Part shown: piece after piece, positions 8,588 through 17,328 of the stretch | How the letters are laid out: every line of letters begins with the position of its first letter | Position numbering within the stretch: the first letter of the stretch is position 1 | Source of the DNA: Staphylothermus marinus F1 | GTDB taxonomy: Archaea; Thermoproteota; Thermoprotei_A; Sulfolobales; Desulfurococcaceae | Direction: 5' to 3' | DNA length: 32,000 nt | Assembly: GCF_000015945.1 (NCBI RefSeq) | Contig: NC_009033.1 | Location: forward strand, 1,290,001 to 1,322,000 | Notes under the pieces: model-generated | The model's database searches: none | What the model saw: only the letters and a program-made list of their open reading frames with translations | Told to the model about the DNA's origin: nothing | Position numbers and translations under genes: made by a program

Positions 8588-10146
8588 CCATTTAAGATTC
8601 TTGTCAATGCATAATATTCGCTTTCAAGAGTTTTCTCAACATATTCGTCCAGAACTATATCATCCCAGGGTAGGGGTTCACCATACCTATAACCATTGAA
8701 TAAATACGATGTACTATAACTATTATTTCTCAGAGCTCTTCTCCAACTACCGAGATCACCTCCGCTCAGACTCCACTCAACTAATACCTTGGAAATATTA
8801 TTATTAGCCAATGCAATACTGCCTTGTATCCATGCCCAATTCACATATAATGGTCTAGTATCAATTAATCCTTTGAGTTCTCCACGATAATATCGTACTA
8901 TATTTTTTGCTTTTTCAAGATCGATCATACCAAACCATTGAAAAACTGTTTTAGGTTTAGGAACTAATGGGTTAAGCGTAATAGTTAGCTTCAAATTCTT
9001 CTCTCTGATCTTCTTCGCTATTTTCCTTAAAGCATTTATATTTGTTCTATTATCATTTAAAGATTCATTTTTTACTCCGAAAATGATGTAAAGCTTTAAA
9101 TTAAAATTCTTGCTTATTATTTTATCTATTGATTCATTAACTATATTAAGATCAAAATATTTTCCATAAATTCTTTGAATAAATGTGTTGAATGATTCAG
9201 GAGCTATGGTTAAGTTTTTCTGCCCAAGATCCTTTACTAGTTCTAAGAAATAATCGTTAACATATTCAACCCTTAGGGAAGGTAGCGAACCTTTAATCTC
9301 GTTAGAAACAAGATATTCTAATAATTTAATATCTTCTTTTCCTCCGGGGAAAAGTAATGAATAAATAATAACGCGTTTTAGAAGATTAACTAATAAACCT
9401 CTATTTATTAGGTTAAATAATGTATTATTACTTCTCCTCCTATATGGTTTAAATAATCTTGATTCCATACAGAATCTGCACCAGAACCTGCACCCTCTAC
9501 TTACCTCTAATAAAAATCCACGTCCATATACTGGTTCGATCTCAGTATTTTGTATTTGTTTTATAGGATAGTAGGCTTTGTCAAGATTTTTAGTCCATTC
9601 TTTATATACTAGTTCATCGGTATAGTCTGGAGAATAAACATATTTATACGATGATATCTTTTCTAGAAAACCACTTTTATTATCTCTATAGGTTATGAAA
9701 TCATCTATTATTTTAGGTAATGTATCCTCTGCTTCACCTATAATGAAGGCGTCAATAAAATCTTCATATGGATGAGGATTTGCAATTACTCCAGGTCCAC
9801 CGGCAATAATCGGAATTCTTCTCTTATCTCTGTAAACTTCTAATCCGGAAGAATATAGTATCCGTAGTAATCCCGAAATGTTTGGTTCATAATGAATACT
9901 TGTTATTATTAGATCAAAATCTTTTAATGGACTATTTGTCTCAATACTTCTAGGATCCTCCTCGGTTCCAAACAAGTTTTTCAAATAAAATCTCTCGACA
10001 TAGACTTCATCATATAATTCGTTTAACATGTAATAAATTAGATGAGTAACTATACTGGAAAGCATGGATTCATATGTGCTGGGATAGACATATGCTATCC
10101 TAATTAGTTTTTTACTAATCTTTTTTCTAACAACATTATATTCCAA
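8584..10146 (-). CDS. Radical SAM protein with an N-terminal B12-binding-like (Rossmann) domain, uncharacterised family
   Basis: The motif 'SRGCRFWCRFC' is a CX3CX2C cluster, and its three Cys are the only cysteines in the protein. The N-terminus 'IRIAYVYPSTYE...IIAGGPGV' resembles the cobalamin-binding-type domain. A C-terminal 'LPWDDIVLD' motif is present. Confidence 0.8.
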   Translation of the reverse strand: MEYNVVRKKISKKLIRIAYVYPSTYESMLSSIVTHLIYYMLNELYDEVYVERFYLKNLFGTEEDPRSIETNSPLKDFDLIITSIHYEPNISGLLRILYSSGLEVYRDKRRIPIIAGGPGVIANPHPYEDFIDAFIIGEAEDTLPKIIDDFITYRDNKSGFLEKISSYKYVYSPDYTDELVYKEWTKNLDKAYYPIKQIQNTEIEPVYGRGFLLEVSRGCRFWCRFCMESRLFKPYRRRSNNTLFNLINRGLLVNLLKRVIIYSLLFPGGKEDIKLLEYLVSNEIKGSLPSLRVEYVNDYFLELVKDLGQKNLTIAPESFNTFIQRIYGKYFDLNIVNESIDKIISKNFNLKLYIIFGVKNESLNDNRTNINALRKIAKKIREKNLKLTITLNPLVPKPKTVFQWFGMIDLEKAKNIVRYYRGELKGLIDTRPLYVNWAWIQGSIALANNNISKVLVEWSLSGGDLGSWRRALRNNSYSTSYLFNGYRYGEPLPWDDIVLDEYVEKTLESEYYALTRILNG

Positions 10147-10216
10147 TTTTACCTCACCGGCTCTTATCGATATTTTTTTAGACTTGTTCCTGATTATATC
10201 ATTACTCGGTGGACGC

Positions 10217-11437
10217 GTGTTGACTGCTTACGATAACTTCTTTAGTTCTATAGCTAAAAGTATTAAGGCATCAGAGATCAGAGAGATCCTGGCAATTATT
10301 AGGGAGAGAAAAGACGTAATAAGCTTAGCTGGCGGCATACCGGATCCTAAAACTTTTCCACGAGAAGAATTAGCAGAGATTGCTAAGAGAATGATTATAG
10401 AATACGGCGATCAAGCACTTCAGTACAGTGAGACCAAAGGGATATTGGAAGTAAGAGAAATGCTTTCACACTTCCTCTTAGAAAGCAGAGGTATTAGTAT
10501 CGATGCTGAAAATATTATTGTTACAACAGGTAGCCAGCAGGCTCTAGATCTAGTTGCCAGAACACTTTTAGATCCGGGAGATATAGTAATCACTGAAAAT
10601 CCATCATACCTTGCATCTCTGGGAGCTTTTAAGATTAGAGGTGCTCAGCTTGTAGGTATAAAAATAGATAAACACGGTATGAGGACTGATTTGTTGGAGG
10701 AAACAGTTAAAAAACTAGTTAGCGAAGGCAAGAAGATAAAATTCATATATACAATTCCTGTCTCACAGAATCCTGCTGGAACTACTATGCCACCTGATAG
10801 AAAGAAACACTTAATAGAAATAGCTAATAAATACAATTTACTTGTAGTAGAGGATGATCCGTATAGTTACTTCGTATATGACGAAACAGTAGATGTTTCA
10901 CCTATTAAAGCATATGATAGCGAAGACAGGGTATTATATATGAGTACAGTAAGCAAGATACTTGCTCCAGGACTACGAATAGGCTGGATCGCTTCTCCCG
11001 AAAAATTAACGAGAAAATTAGAATTAGTCAAACAATACATGGATCTACATAGTCCTACACTAAACCAGTTTATAGTAGCTGAGGCTATTAGGTCAGGGCT
11101 GGTAACTAGGCATGCACACAAATTGTCTCCATTCTATAAGAGAAAACGTGATGCTATGATCAAGGCTATAAAGGAGTATTTCCCAGAAAACGTATGGTAT
11201 ACGGAGCCAGTCGGAGGATTCTTTGTATTTGTATATGTCAATAAAGAAGGATTCGATACAGGAAGACTGCTGAGAAAAGCTATAGATAAGTATAAAGTAG
11301 CATATGTTCCAGGGCAAAGCTTCCACACTGATGGAAGCGGTGCTAACAGTATGCGTTTAAGCTTTAGTTATCCGCCCCCTGAAATAATAGAAGAGGGAAT
11401 TAGAAGAATAGCTGAGCTAATCAAGAATGAAAACTAA
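10217..11437 (+). CDS. PLP-dependent aminotransferase, class I/II (2-aminoadipate/aromatic type)
   Basis: Family motifs are 'IKASEIREIL', 'PSYLAS', 'NPAGTTM' and the PLP-lysine motif 'STVSKILAPGLRIGWI'. The ORF opens at TTG 10184. GTG 10217 (or TTG 10220) behind GGTGG gives the family-typical N-terminus. Confidence 0.85.
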   Translation: MLTAYDNFFSSIAKSIKASEIREILAIIRERKDVISLAGGIPDPKTFPREELAEIAKRMIIEYGDQALQYSETKGILEVREMLSHFLLESRGISIDAENIIVTTGSQQALDLVARTLLDPGDIVITENPSYLASLGAFKIRGAQLVGIKIDKHGMRTDLLEETVKKLVSEGKKIKFIYTIPVSQNPAGTTMPPDRKKHLIEIANKYNLLVVEDDPYSYFVYDETVDVSPIKAYDSEDRVLYMSTVSKILAPGLRIGWIASPEKLTRKLELVKQYMDLHSPTLNQFIVAEAIRSGLVTRHAHKLSPFYKRKRDAMIKAIKEYFPENVWYTEPVGGFFVFVYVNKEGFDTGRLLRKAIDKYKVAYVPGQSFHTDGSGANSMRLSFSYPPPEIIEEGIRRIAELIKNEN

Positions 11438-12299
11438 TAACAGCTCCAAGGCCTCGTGGAGGAAGTAAACCTATAGTCTTAGAAATATCATTTACTCTTA
11501 TAATCTTAATATCTTTTTTTAACGAGGAAATTATTTTTTCGACCATATGAGGCGATTCTCTATCTGTCTTCATCGTATATAATACATTGTATGTTTCACT
11601 AAGCTTAAGAGGGAGGAAATTAATGAAACTAAACACTGATATAATTATATTGTTGAAATAAATATGTGTTAAAACCTTATGGATTAAACCAAACATGGAA
11701 TCTAATATTACGATGGAATCATAATATGGATCAAGTTCTCCCAAGTTAACATAAACTCTACCATTAATTCTCCTCAATACCCTTCTATTATCATAGCATA
11801 GTAAAGCATAATTATGCTTTTTATTTTCATCGAAAAACTTCGCTATAATATATGCTAGGATATTACAGCCTATAATCAAGGTCCTTCCATGGCTGTGTTT
11901 TCCTAAAAATATTCCATGTTCTATTAGGGGGATAAGAGACAAATATGGATCATTTTCATCAACGAGTTTATATATATTTTCTTCACGAATAGTTGCGTAA
12001 GAACCTAAAATACCATCGATATCTAGCCCTAAAATACCATTAGAAGTAATAGGATTAACTACTGCTATTTTGCCTGAATACCCTTTATTAGAATATGGCT
12101 CCTCTAATATTCTAACAATACCGAAAGAACCAGGAACTATAGGGTACTTTGATGGATAAGTATACCTTATATATGAATTTTCCAATAACCCAATATAAAC
12201 ACTCAAAGGTTTAACTAGTAACTCTCCTTTTTTCACTGGTAAGATCTCTCTTTCAGAGACATAATATTCTCCATTATAAACAATCTGCCTAATTATCAT
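11421..12299 (-). CDS. Medium-chain dehydrogenase/reductase (Zn-ADH)-fold protein lacking the zinc ligands and the GxGxxG motif
   Basis: The GroES-like N-domain reads 'GELLVKPLSVYIGLLEN' (cf. G.VLVKV.A.GICGSD) and 'PIVPGSFGIVRILE' (cf. P...GHE..G.V.EVG). The structural-zinc lobe is absent. 'TLIIGCNILAYIIAKF' replaces V.G.G..G. It overlaps the aminotransferase 3' end by 17 nt in convergent orientation. Confidence 0.55.
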   Translation of the reverse strand: MIIRQIVYNGEYYVSEREILPVKKGELLVKPLSVYIGLLENSYIRYTYPSKYPIVPGSFGIVRILEEPYSNKGYSGKIAVVNPITSNGILGLDIDGILGSYATIREENIYKLVDENDPYLSLIPLIEHGIFLGKHSHGRTLIIGCNILAYIIAKFFDENKKHNYALLCYDNRRVLRRINGRVYVNLGELDPYYDSIVILDSMFGLIHKVLTHIYFNNIIISVFSFINFLPLKLSETYNVLYTMKTDRESPHMVEKIISSLKKDIKIIRVNDISKTIGLLPPRGLGAVISFHS

Positions 12300-12534
12300 A
12301 ACAATGACACCTATAAGGAATAACCATAAGGGTACTTGTTATCAATAATAAATTGTTGCCTATATATGTTTAAACACACAACTCCATATTTAATATTTGA
12401 AATAATGCATAACTACACGATTTTACCGCTATAAATTTGAATATATCTAAGTAATGTTTCTTAATTATATGAATATTTAAGTAACTGCCAAATAATTCAA
12501 TTAAATTTTTAGAAACAGTATATGTTGAGAAAGC

Positions 12535-12552
12535 CAGCTATTAAATAGGCTG
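12535..12552. promoter_or_regulatory. Imperfect palindrome (cagctatt-a-aataGgctg) ~50 nt upstream of the HTH gene, a candidate operator
   Basis: It has 8-nt arms with one bulged G. It is followed by the TATA-like 'ttaataaataaatat' and lies at the 3' end of a 300-bp ORF-free AT-rich spacer. Confidence 0.2.
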
Positions 12553-12600
12553 TTAATAAATAAATATGGTAAGGTATAACATTTTAGAAGGGTACAAATC

Positions 12601-12954
12601 TTGACCGAGAAAATAGAGAAGATCAATCTCCCTATTCACTGGTTAAGCAAGCAAGCCAGGTTTAAAATAATTGATTTAATGTTATCTACTAGGAGCATTA
12701 GACAACTAGCTGAGGAATTGGGTGTATCAACAACAGCTATTAGAAAATACATTTACAGGAAAACACATCCAAGCGATGAAACAGTTGAAAAAGCATTAGA
12801 GATCATGGCTCCATATGAAGAGGAAAAGTTGATAAAAATAATTATTGATGATTTAGCAGAGGCCTTAAAAAGACTCTATGAAAGTATAGATAAGAGTGAA
12901 TATCGAGAATATTTATTGAGAAAGCTAAAAGAGGTTATAAAAGAAATTGAGTAA
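12601..12954 (+). CDS. Small helix-turn-helix DNA-binding protein
   Basis: 'SIRQLAEELGVSTTAIRKYI' is a classic HTH segment, and the C-terminal half is helical and charged. It has a TTG start, and its stop overlaps the next ORF by 8 nt. Confidence 0.6.
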   Translation: MTEKIEKINLPIHWLSKQARFKIIDLMLSTRSIRQLAEELGVSTTAIRKYIYRKTHPSDETVEKALEIMAPYEEEKLIKIIIDDLAEALKRLYESIDKSEYREYLLRKLKEVIKEIE

Positions 12955-13336
12955 TAATGAGGAGCTTCCCTTCTTTGCTGATAAATCAGTAGTCGGCGAC
13001 TATTCCCCTTTAATCAAGTATTGGAAAATATTGAGAAAGAAAGGAATACCCGTGGAAGATGCTCTTCTCGCGCCCCATGACTTCACATATTTAAAGGAAC
13101 AAGTTGAGATTCAACAAAAAATAAATTTAGCTGATCTTCTTGAGCAATTAACTGACTATTTCCTAAACAGGATTAAATGCGATATTGCTAAAGAAGCATA
13201 TAGAGAGGCTTACTCTATAGAACTAGACGAGAAGGATGCTTGTAGGAGATTGGCAAAAATTCTTGCCGGATGGTTAATAGAGGCTTCTAAAAATACTGGA
13301 TTAATAAAGCTCACCTACCCCTGGAGAAAAAGATAG
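12947..13336 (+). CDS. Hypothetical protein (129 aa), coupled to the HTH gene
   Basis: It is a long ORF with coding-like composition and an 8-nt overlap with the upstream gene. It has a TTG start and no in-frame ATG near the 5' end. No motif was recognised. Confidence 0.5.
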   Translation: MSNNEELPFFADKSVVGDYSPLIKYWKILRKKGIPVEDALLAPHDFTYLKEQVEIQQKINLADLLEQLTDYFLNRIKCDIAKEAYREAYSIELDEKDACRRLAKILAGWLIEASKNTGLIKLTYPWRKR

Positions 13337-13363
13337 ATCTTTATATGCAGTTGCTCTACGTAT

Positions 13364-13630
13364 TTATTGTTTTGATAAAGCGATCTTTCGTATATATTGG
13401 TTTTTCTCCAGAAACAAATTATATGCTTCCTTGGTAATAGCAACAATTTCGGAATCATCTATTATACTCGAGATAAGATCATCTGTTATAATATCGCAGT
13501 ATTTATTATTTACATGATATTTATCAACACATATAACGATATGGTTTTTACATATAGTATTTAGAATCTCTATTGGCAGATATTGTTCAACTCCATAAAT
13601 TAATATGAGTCTAAAACATTTTGGAGGCAT
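13364..13630 (-). CDS. Hypothetical small alpha/beta protein (88 aa)
   Basis: It has an ATG start with a TATA-like 'tttattaat' ~27 nt upstream on the minus strand, compatible with a leaderless mRNA. The alternating hydrophobic pattern is 'FRLILIYGV...IVICVD...IVAITKE'. Confidence 0.45.
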   Translation of the reverse strand: MPPKCFRLILIYGVEQYLPIEILNTICKNHIVICVDKYHVNNKYCDIITDDLISSIIDDSEIVAITKEAYNLFLEKNQYIRKIALSKQ

Positions 13631-13635
13631 ATGTC

Positions 13636-13926
13636 ATGCTATCTTTACCGAGATTAATAAACATATTAGAAAGATTATTGAAAGAATTCAGACAAAAATA
13701 TGGAGAAACATATATTTCTAGGATTAAGGAATATAAGTCAAAGTTTGAAATAAGTATGATTGTTGATAAAAACCGCGTTAAAATAATAGTATATAAAAAC
13801 AAAGTTAAAGCAAGAGTCTATGCTGGGAATTTACGTGGATTAGAAATTTCCATTCGAAGAATGTTTTTGAGAGAATATGATAAAGAGATGAGGTTGAAAC
13901 AGCGTGAGCGAGAGGGATCCATATAG
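13636..13926 (+). CDS. Hypothetical protein (~96 aa)
   Basis: The in-frame ATG at 13636 is preceded by GGAGG 8 nt upstream, while the ORF opens at TTG 13621. The 3' end overlaps the next ORF by 23 nt. Confidence 0.5.
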   Translation: MLSLPRLINILERLLKEFRQKYGETYISRIKEYKSKFEISMIVDKNRVKIIVYKNKVKARVYAGNLRGLEISIRRMFLREYDKEMRLKQREREGSI

Positions 13927-14656
13927 GAAAAGAATACAAATTCTTGTTAACTTATTAGGCGAGATAATTAAGAAACAAAACAAATTAACACGAAGAGATG
14001 TTGCTGATCTTCTAAGGAAAACTTATGAGAAAAACAAAATTAAACCATTAAAAGGCAAAGCTACACCACCAGATCTATATGATAAAGAACTAGCTAGCCT
14101 ATATGTTATAGGTAAATATGGTTTAGGAATAGATAATGAATACCCTGAATTATTTGATAAAATCTTCTATTTAGAGAAGGGATTTGAGGAAGCCATAGAT
14201 AAAATACTAGCTGGACAGTATAGTGAAGCAAGAGCAATATTGAAGAAAACCAGCTCCGCAGCAGTTATTGATAGTAATACAGTAGCACGAATGCTTAGAA
14301 CTGCCTTTACAAGGCTCTTACTGGGCTTTTTAGATGAAGAAGCGTTTGCTAAAATATTGAAGAAAACACTTGAAGCTATACCCGAGGAGGAAAGGACTGT
14401 TAGGAACTATGTAAGATTCTATATAGCATATAAAGTCGCAGAGGGAATTTATAGGGGGGAAATAAGGAATAAAATATTCAAAGAAGCATTTAAAAGAGCA
14501 ATGGCTTTAAGACTAGGCTTCCCAAGAACAATACCTAGCGATGAGTACGTAGCAATAATTTCTAAAGAAGTATTCAACATACCCGATAAGATTTTGTCAA
14601 GAATCTTATCGATAAATAGGAAAGATAAGGATAATACTAGTGAAAACCAGAATTAA
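13904..14656 (+). CDS. Hypothetical all-helical protein (250 aa)
   Basis: It is a long ORF with a GTG start and coding-like composition, and it is co-directional and overlapping with the upstream ORF. No catalytic motif was recognised. Confidence 0.6.
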   Translation: MSERDPYRKRIQILVNLLGEIIKKQNKLTRRDVADLLRKTYEKNKIKPLKGKATPPDLYDKELASLYVIGKYGLGIDNEYPELFDKIFYLEKGFEEAIDKILAGQYSEARAILKKTSSAAVIDSNTVARMLRTAFTRLLLGFLDEEAFAKILKKTLEAIPEEERTVRNYVRFYIAYKVAEGIYRGEIRNKIFKEAFKRAMALRLGFPRTIPSDEYVAIISKEVFNIPDKILSRILSINRKDKDNTSENQN

Positions 14657-14667
14657 CCAATTGTTTG

Positions 14668-17301
14668 CTAAGATAGTTTTCTCAACCTAAGATACTCTAT
14701 TACTTTTTCATGGAGAAGCATCAGCAACTTTCTCATATCTTCCATTAATACAACATCACTATATCCATGAACAATTATACTGTGCGAGAACGGGCTCGGT
14801 ATATTATTAGGTCCCATCACGGATATTTTAATCTCACCTTTTCTAACATTATCTAATACTTCCTTAGCAGCTTCTATATGCATATAATCCTCTAGTATCT
14901 CCCTATATGTTTCCTTTAAAACAGGAAAATCGGGCAGATCCTCTATAGCCTTCAATAATTCCTCAGCATTTATTTGTAGTCTATGAACGCTTCTCTCCCT
15001 ATCTCTATACCTTCTTAGAATCATGAATGATCTTACTGCACAATGTCTAAATCTCCTTTTAAGCATTTCTGTTCTTTTAAGAACCTTCTTTAAAATATCC
15101 TCAATGTTTTCAGGCGTTAGTTTTTTGAACGCCAAAGCCCAATCAATGCTTTTCTTAATTGGAATTGTAAGCATGAAACCATTGTCTGTTACTGTTATCT
15201 TTACGTTCACACCTAATTCATTACTTATTATGTATGCGTAAGCCCTAGATAATGCGGCGTTAACTCTTCTACCAAATAGGCTGTGTACTATAATGTTTCT
15301 TCTCCCAGGCTCATCGAAGATCTCGATCATGATGAGTTTGTCGCTCGGAATTATTCCTCCAGTGAACAATAGTTGCTCCTTAATATAATCATATATTGAC
15401 TCAGCCGCATGCCTCTGCAATCTATACTCTTTTCTTAACCAATCAATAACTTGGCTTCGAGGAAGATTTATTATTTTTTCAGCGATAAGTCTTCTAAATT
15501 TTCCAATTTCTAGTGCTGAATCATAAGCTAACGGAAGCATTTCACTAAACCAGCTTGGAACAGTTGGTCTTGCCCCCTCAGCTGGCTTAACATATACTTT
15601 AAACCCCACACTCTTCACGTATTCGTATACGCGTCCACCTAGAACAAATAGATCCCCAGGAATTAAATATTCCACAAAAGCTTCTTCTAGATCCCCAACA
15701 TATTTTCCATCAATTGTGAATACATGTGCTTTGCTCTCGTCCGGTATCGTACCAATGTTTTGATAATAGATCATTCTCGCAGTTCTTTTTCTACCAAAGA
15801 CCCCCTCATTTTCGTCAAACCAGATCTTAGCATAGACTTTGGCATGTTCAAAATAGTCTCCATACTTGCCTGAAAGATATTTTAGAACATTAATATAATC
15901 ACTCCACGATAAAGTGTGGAAAGAATAACTTCTCTTAATTAATCTATACGCTTCTCTAATATCCCATTTCTTTTCAAGAGATAAACCTACAATGTGCTGT
16001 GCAAGCACATCTAGTGGATTTCTAGGTATACGTACCCTGTCAATTTTGTGTTGATATGCGGCTTTTACTAGGACAGTGCATTCAACAAGATCATCTCTAT
16101 CAACAACTATTACTCTCCCCTTACTTACTTGTCTAATATGATGACCCGCTCTTCCAATTCTTTGAAGGAGTCTTGAAACACTTTTCGGACTACTGAGTAG
16201 TACTACTAAGTCTATATATCCTATATCTATTCCTAGTTCTAAGCTTGTAGAGCTTACTATTACACGAAGCTTTCCTTGCTTAAGTTTTTCTTCAATTTCA
16301 AGGCGGACATCTCTACTCAAACTACTATGATGAGCTTCTATTTCATCTATATCCACGATTCTTTCTTTCTCCATGATCTTTCTAAGTTTATACACAACTC
16401 TCTCTGTAGCACTACGTGTATTAGTGAAGACTAATGTTGTTCTATGCTTTTTAATAAGTTTCACAAGCGTAGAATATATTGCATTATTTATTTCTTCTGC
16501 GGAAGCATGAACTAAGTCTTTAACAGGAGCAATAACTTTAATATCTATCGGCTTAGAAAATCTTGCGTCAACAATTAGGCAATCCCTAGGTTCGCCATCA
16601 TCTCTATATCCAACGAGAAACTTAGCCACCTCTACTAGAGGAGCTATTGTTGCACTCAATCCTATTCTTTGAAGCGGTTTTCCAACTAGGTTTTCTAGTC
16701 TTTCAATACTTAGACTTAAATGACTTCCTCTCTTACTATTCGCTAGTTCATGTATTTCATCTACGATTAGTATTCTAGTATTCTTTAATCGTTCCCTAAA
16801 CTTGGGAGCATTTAATGCAATTGCTAAGCTTTCAGGTGTTGTGATCAATATATGTGGTGGATCCCTTATCATTTTCTGTTTCTCATACGGGCTTGTATCA
16901 CTTGTTCTAACAGCCACTTTTATCTCTGGGAGATCAATACCATGGTTCTCAGCTACTTCTCTGATCCCCTGTATAGGTTTTAACAAGTTTCTACGCATAT
17001 CATTATTTAAAGCTCTTAAGGGGCTCACATAGACTACATAAACACCTTCAGGAAGTTTTCCCTCTTTTTCAGCCTTTGCATAAAGGTTATCAAGTATTCC
17101 TAGAAAAACAGCTAATGTTTTACCAGTACCTGTAGGACTTGATATAAGCACGTTGTGTCCATTTTTGATCAAAGGAATAGCCATTTTCTGGGGTGGTGTG
17201 AATTTCTTATATGTTTTACTAAACCATTCAGCAACATATGGTCTGAGCATAGATAATATTTTTCTATCACTATACTTGTGCTTGGCAAACTCTATTACCA
17301 A
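14668..17301 (-). CDS. lhr: Lhr-type superfamily 2 ATP-dependent DNA helicase (Lhr-core)
   Basis: Motif I is 'SSPTGTGKT', motif II is 'VDEIHELANSKRGSHLSLSIERL', motif III is 'LSAT' and motif VI is 'QRIGRAGH'. A long C-terminal winged-helix/Lhr-specific region follows. It has a TTG start, with an alternative ATG at 17250. Confidence 0.9.
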   Translation of the reverse strand: MVIEFAKHKYSDRKILSMLRPYVAEWFSKTYKKFTPPQKMAIPLIKNGHNVLISSPTGTGKTLAVFLGILDNLYAKAEKEGKLPEGVYVVYVSPLRALNNDMRRNLLKPIQGIREVAENHGIDLPEIKVAVRTSDTSPYEKQKMIRDPPHILITTPESLAIALNAPKFRERLKNTRILIVDEIHELANSKRGSHLSLSIERLENLVGKPLQRIGLSATIAPLVEVAKFLVGYRDDGEPRDCLIVDARFSKPIDIKVIAPVKDLVHASAEEINNAIYSTLVKLIKKHRTTLVFTNTRSATERVVYKLRKIMEKERIVDIDEIEAHHSSLSRDVRLEIEEKLKQGKLRVIVSSTSLELGIDIGYIDLVVLLSSPKSVSRLLQRIGRAGHHIRQVSKGRVIVVDRDDLVECTVLVKAAYQHKIDRVRIPRNPLDVLAQHIVGLSLEKKWDIREAYRLIKRSYSFHTLSWSDYINVLKYLSGKYGDYFEHAKVYAKIWFDENEGVFGRKRTARMIYYQNIGTIPDESKAHVFTIDGKYVGDLEEAFVEYLIPGDLFVLGGRVYEYVKSVGFKVYVKPAEGARPTVPSWFSEMLPLAYDSALEIGKFRRLIAEKIINLPRSQVIDWLRKEYRLQRHAAESIYDYIKEQLLFTGGIIPSDKLIMIEIFDEPGRRNIIVHSLFGRRVNAALSRAYAYIISNELGVNVKITVTDNGFMLTIPIKKSIDWALAFKKLTPENIEDILKKVLKRTEMLKRRFRHCAVRSFMILRRYRDRERSVHRLQINAEELLKAIEDLPDFPVLKETYREILEDYMHIEAAKEVLDNVRKGEIKISVMGPNNIPSPFSHSIIVHGYSDVVLMEDMRKLLMLLHEKVIEYLRLRKLS

Positions 17302-17328
17302 TACATTTTCACCATTACCATAAATAGT

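Noticed and set aside
10147-10216. The N-terminal extension of the aminotransferase from TTG 10184 (MFLIISLLGGR...)
   Set aside because: The hydrophobic extension is atypical for this soluble family. GTG 10217 behind GGTGG restores the usual N-terminus and leaves room for the divergent promoters. The longer form is not strictly excluded.
12300-12600. The 300-bp AT-rich ORF-free spacer as a replication origin
   Set aside because: I see no ORB or mini-ORB-like dyads (TCCAnnGGAAA type), no repeated elements flanking an unwinding region, and no orc1/cdc6 or whiP gene nearby. It is more simply a promoter or regulatory region for the HTH gene.
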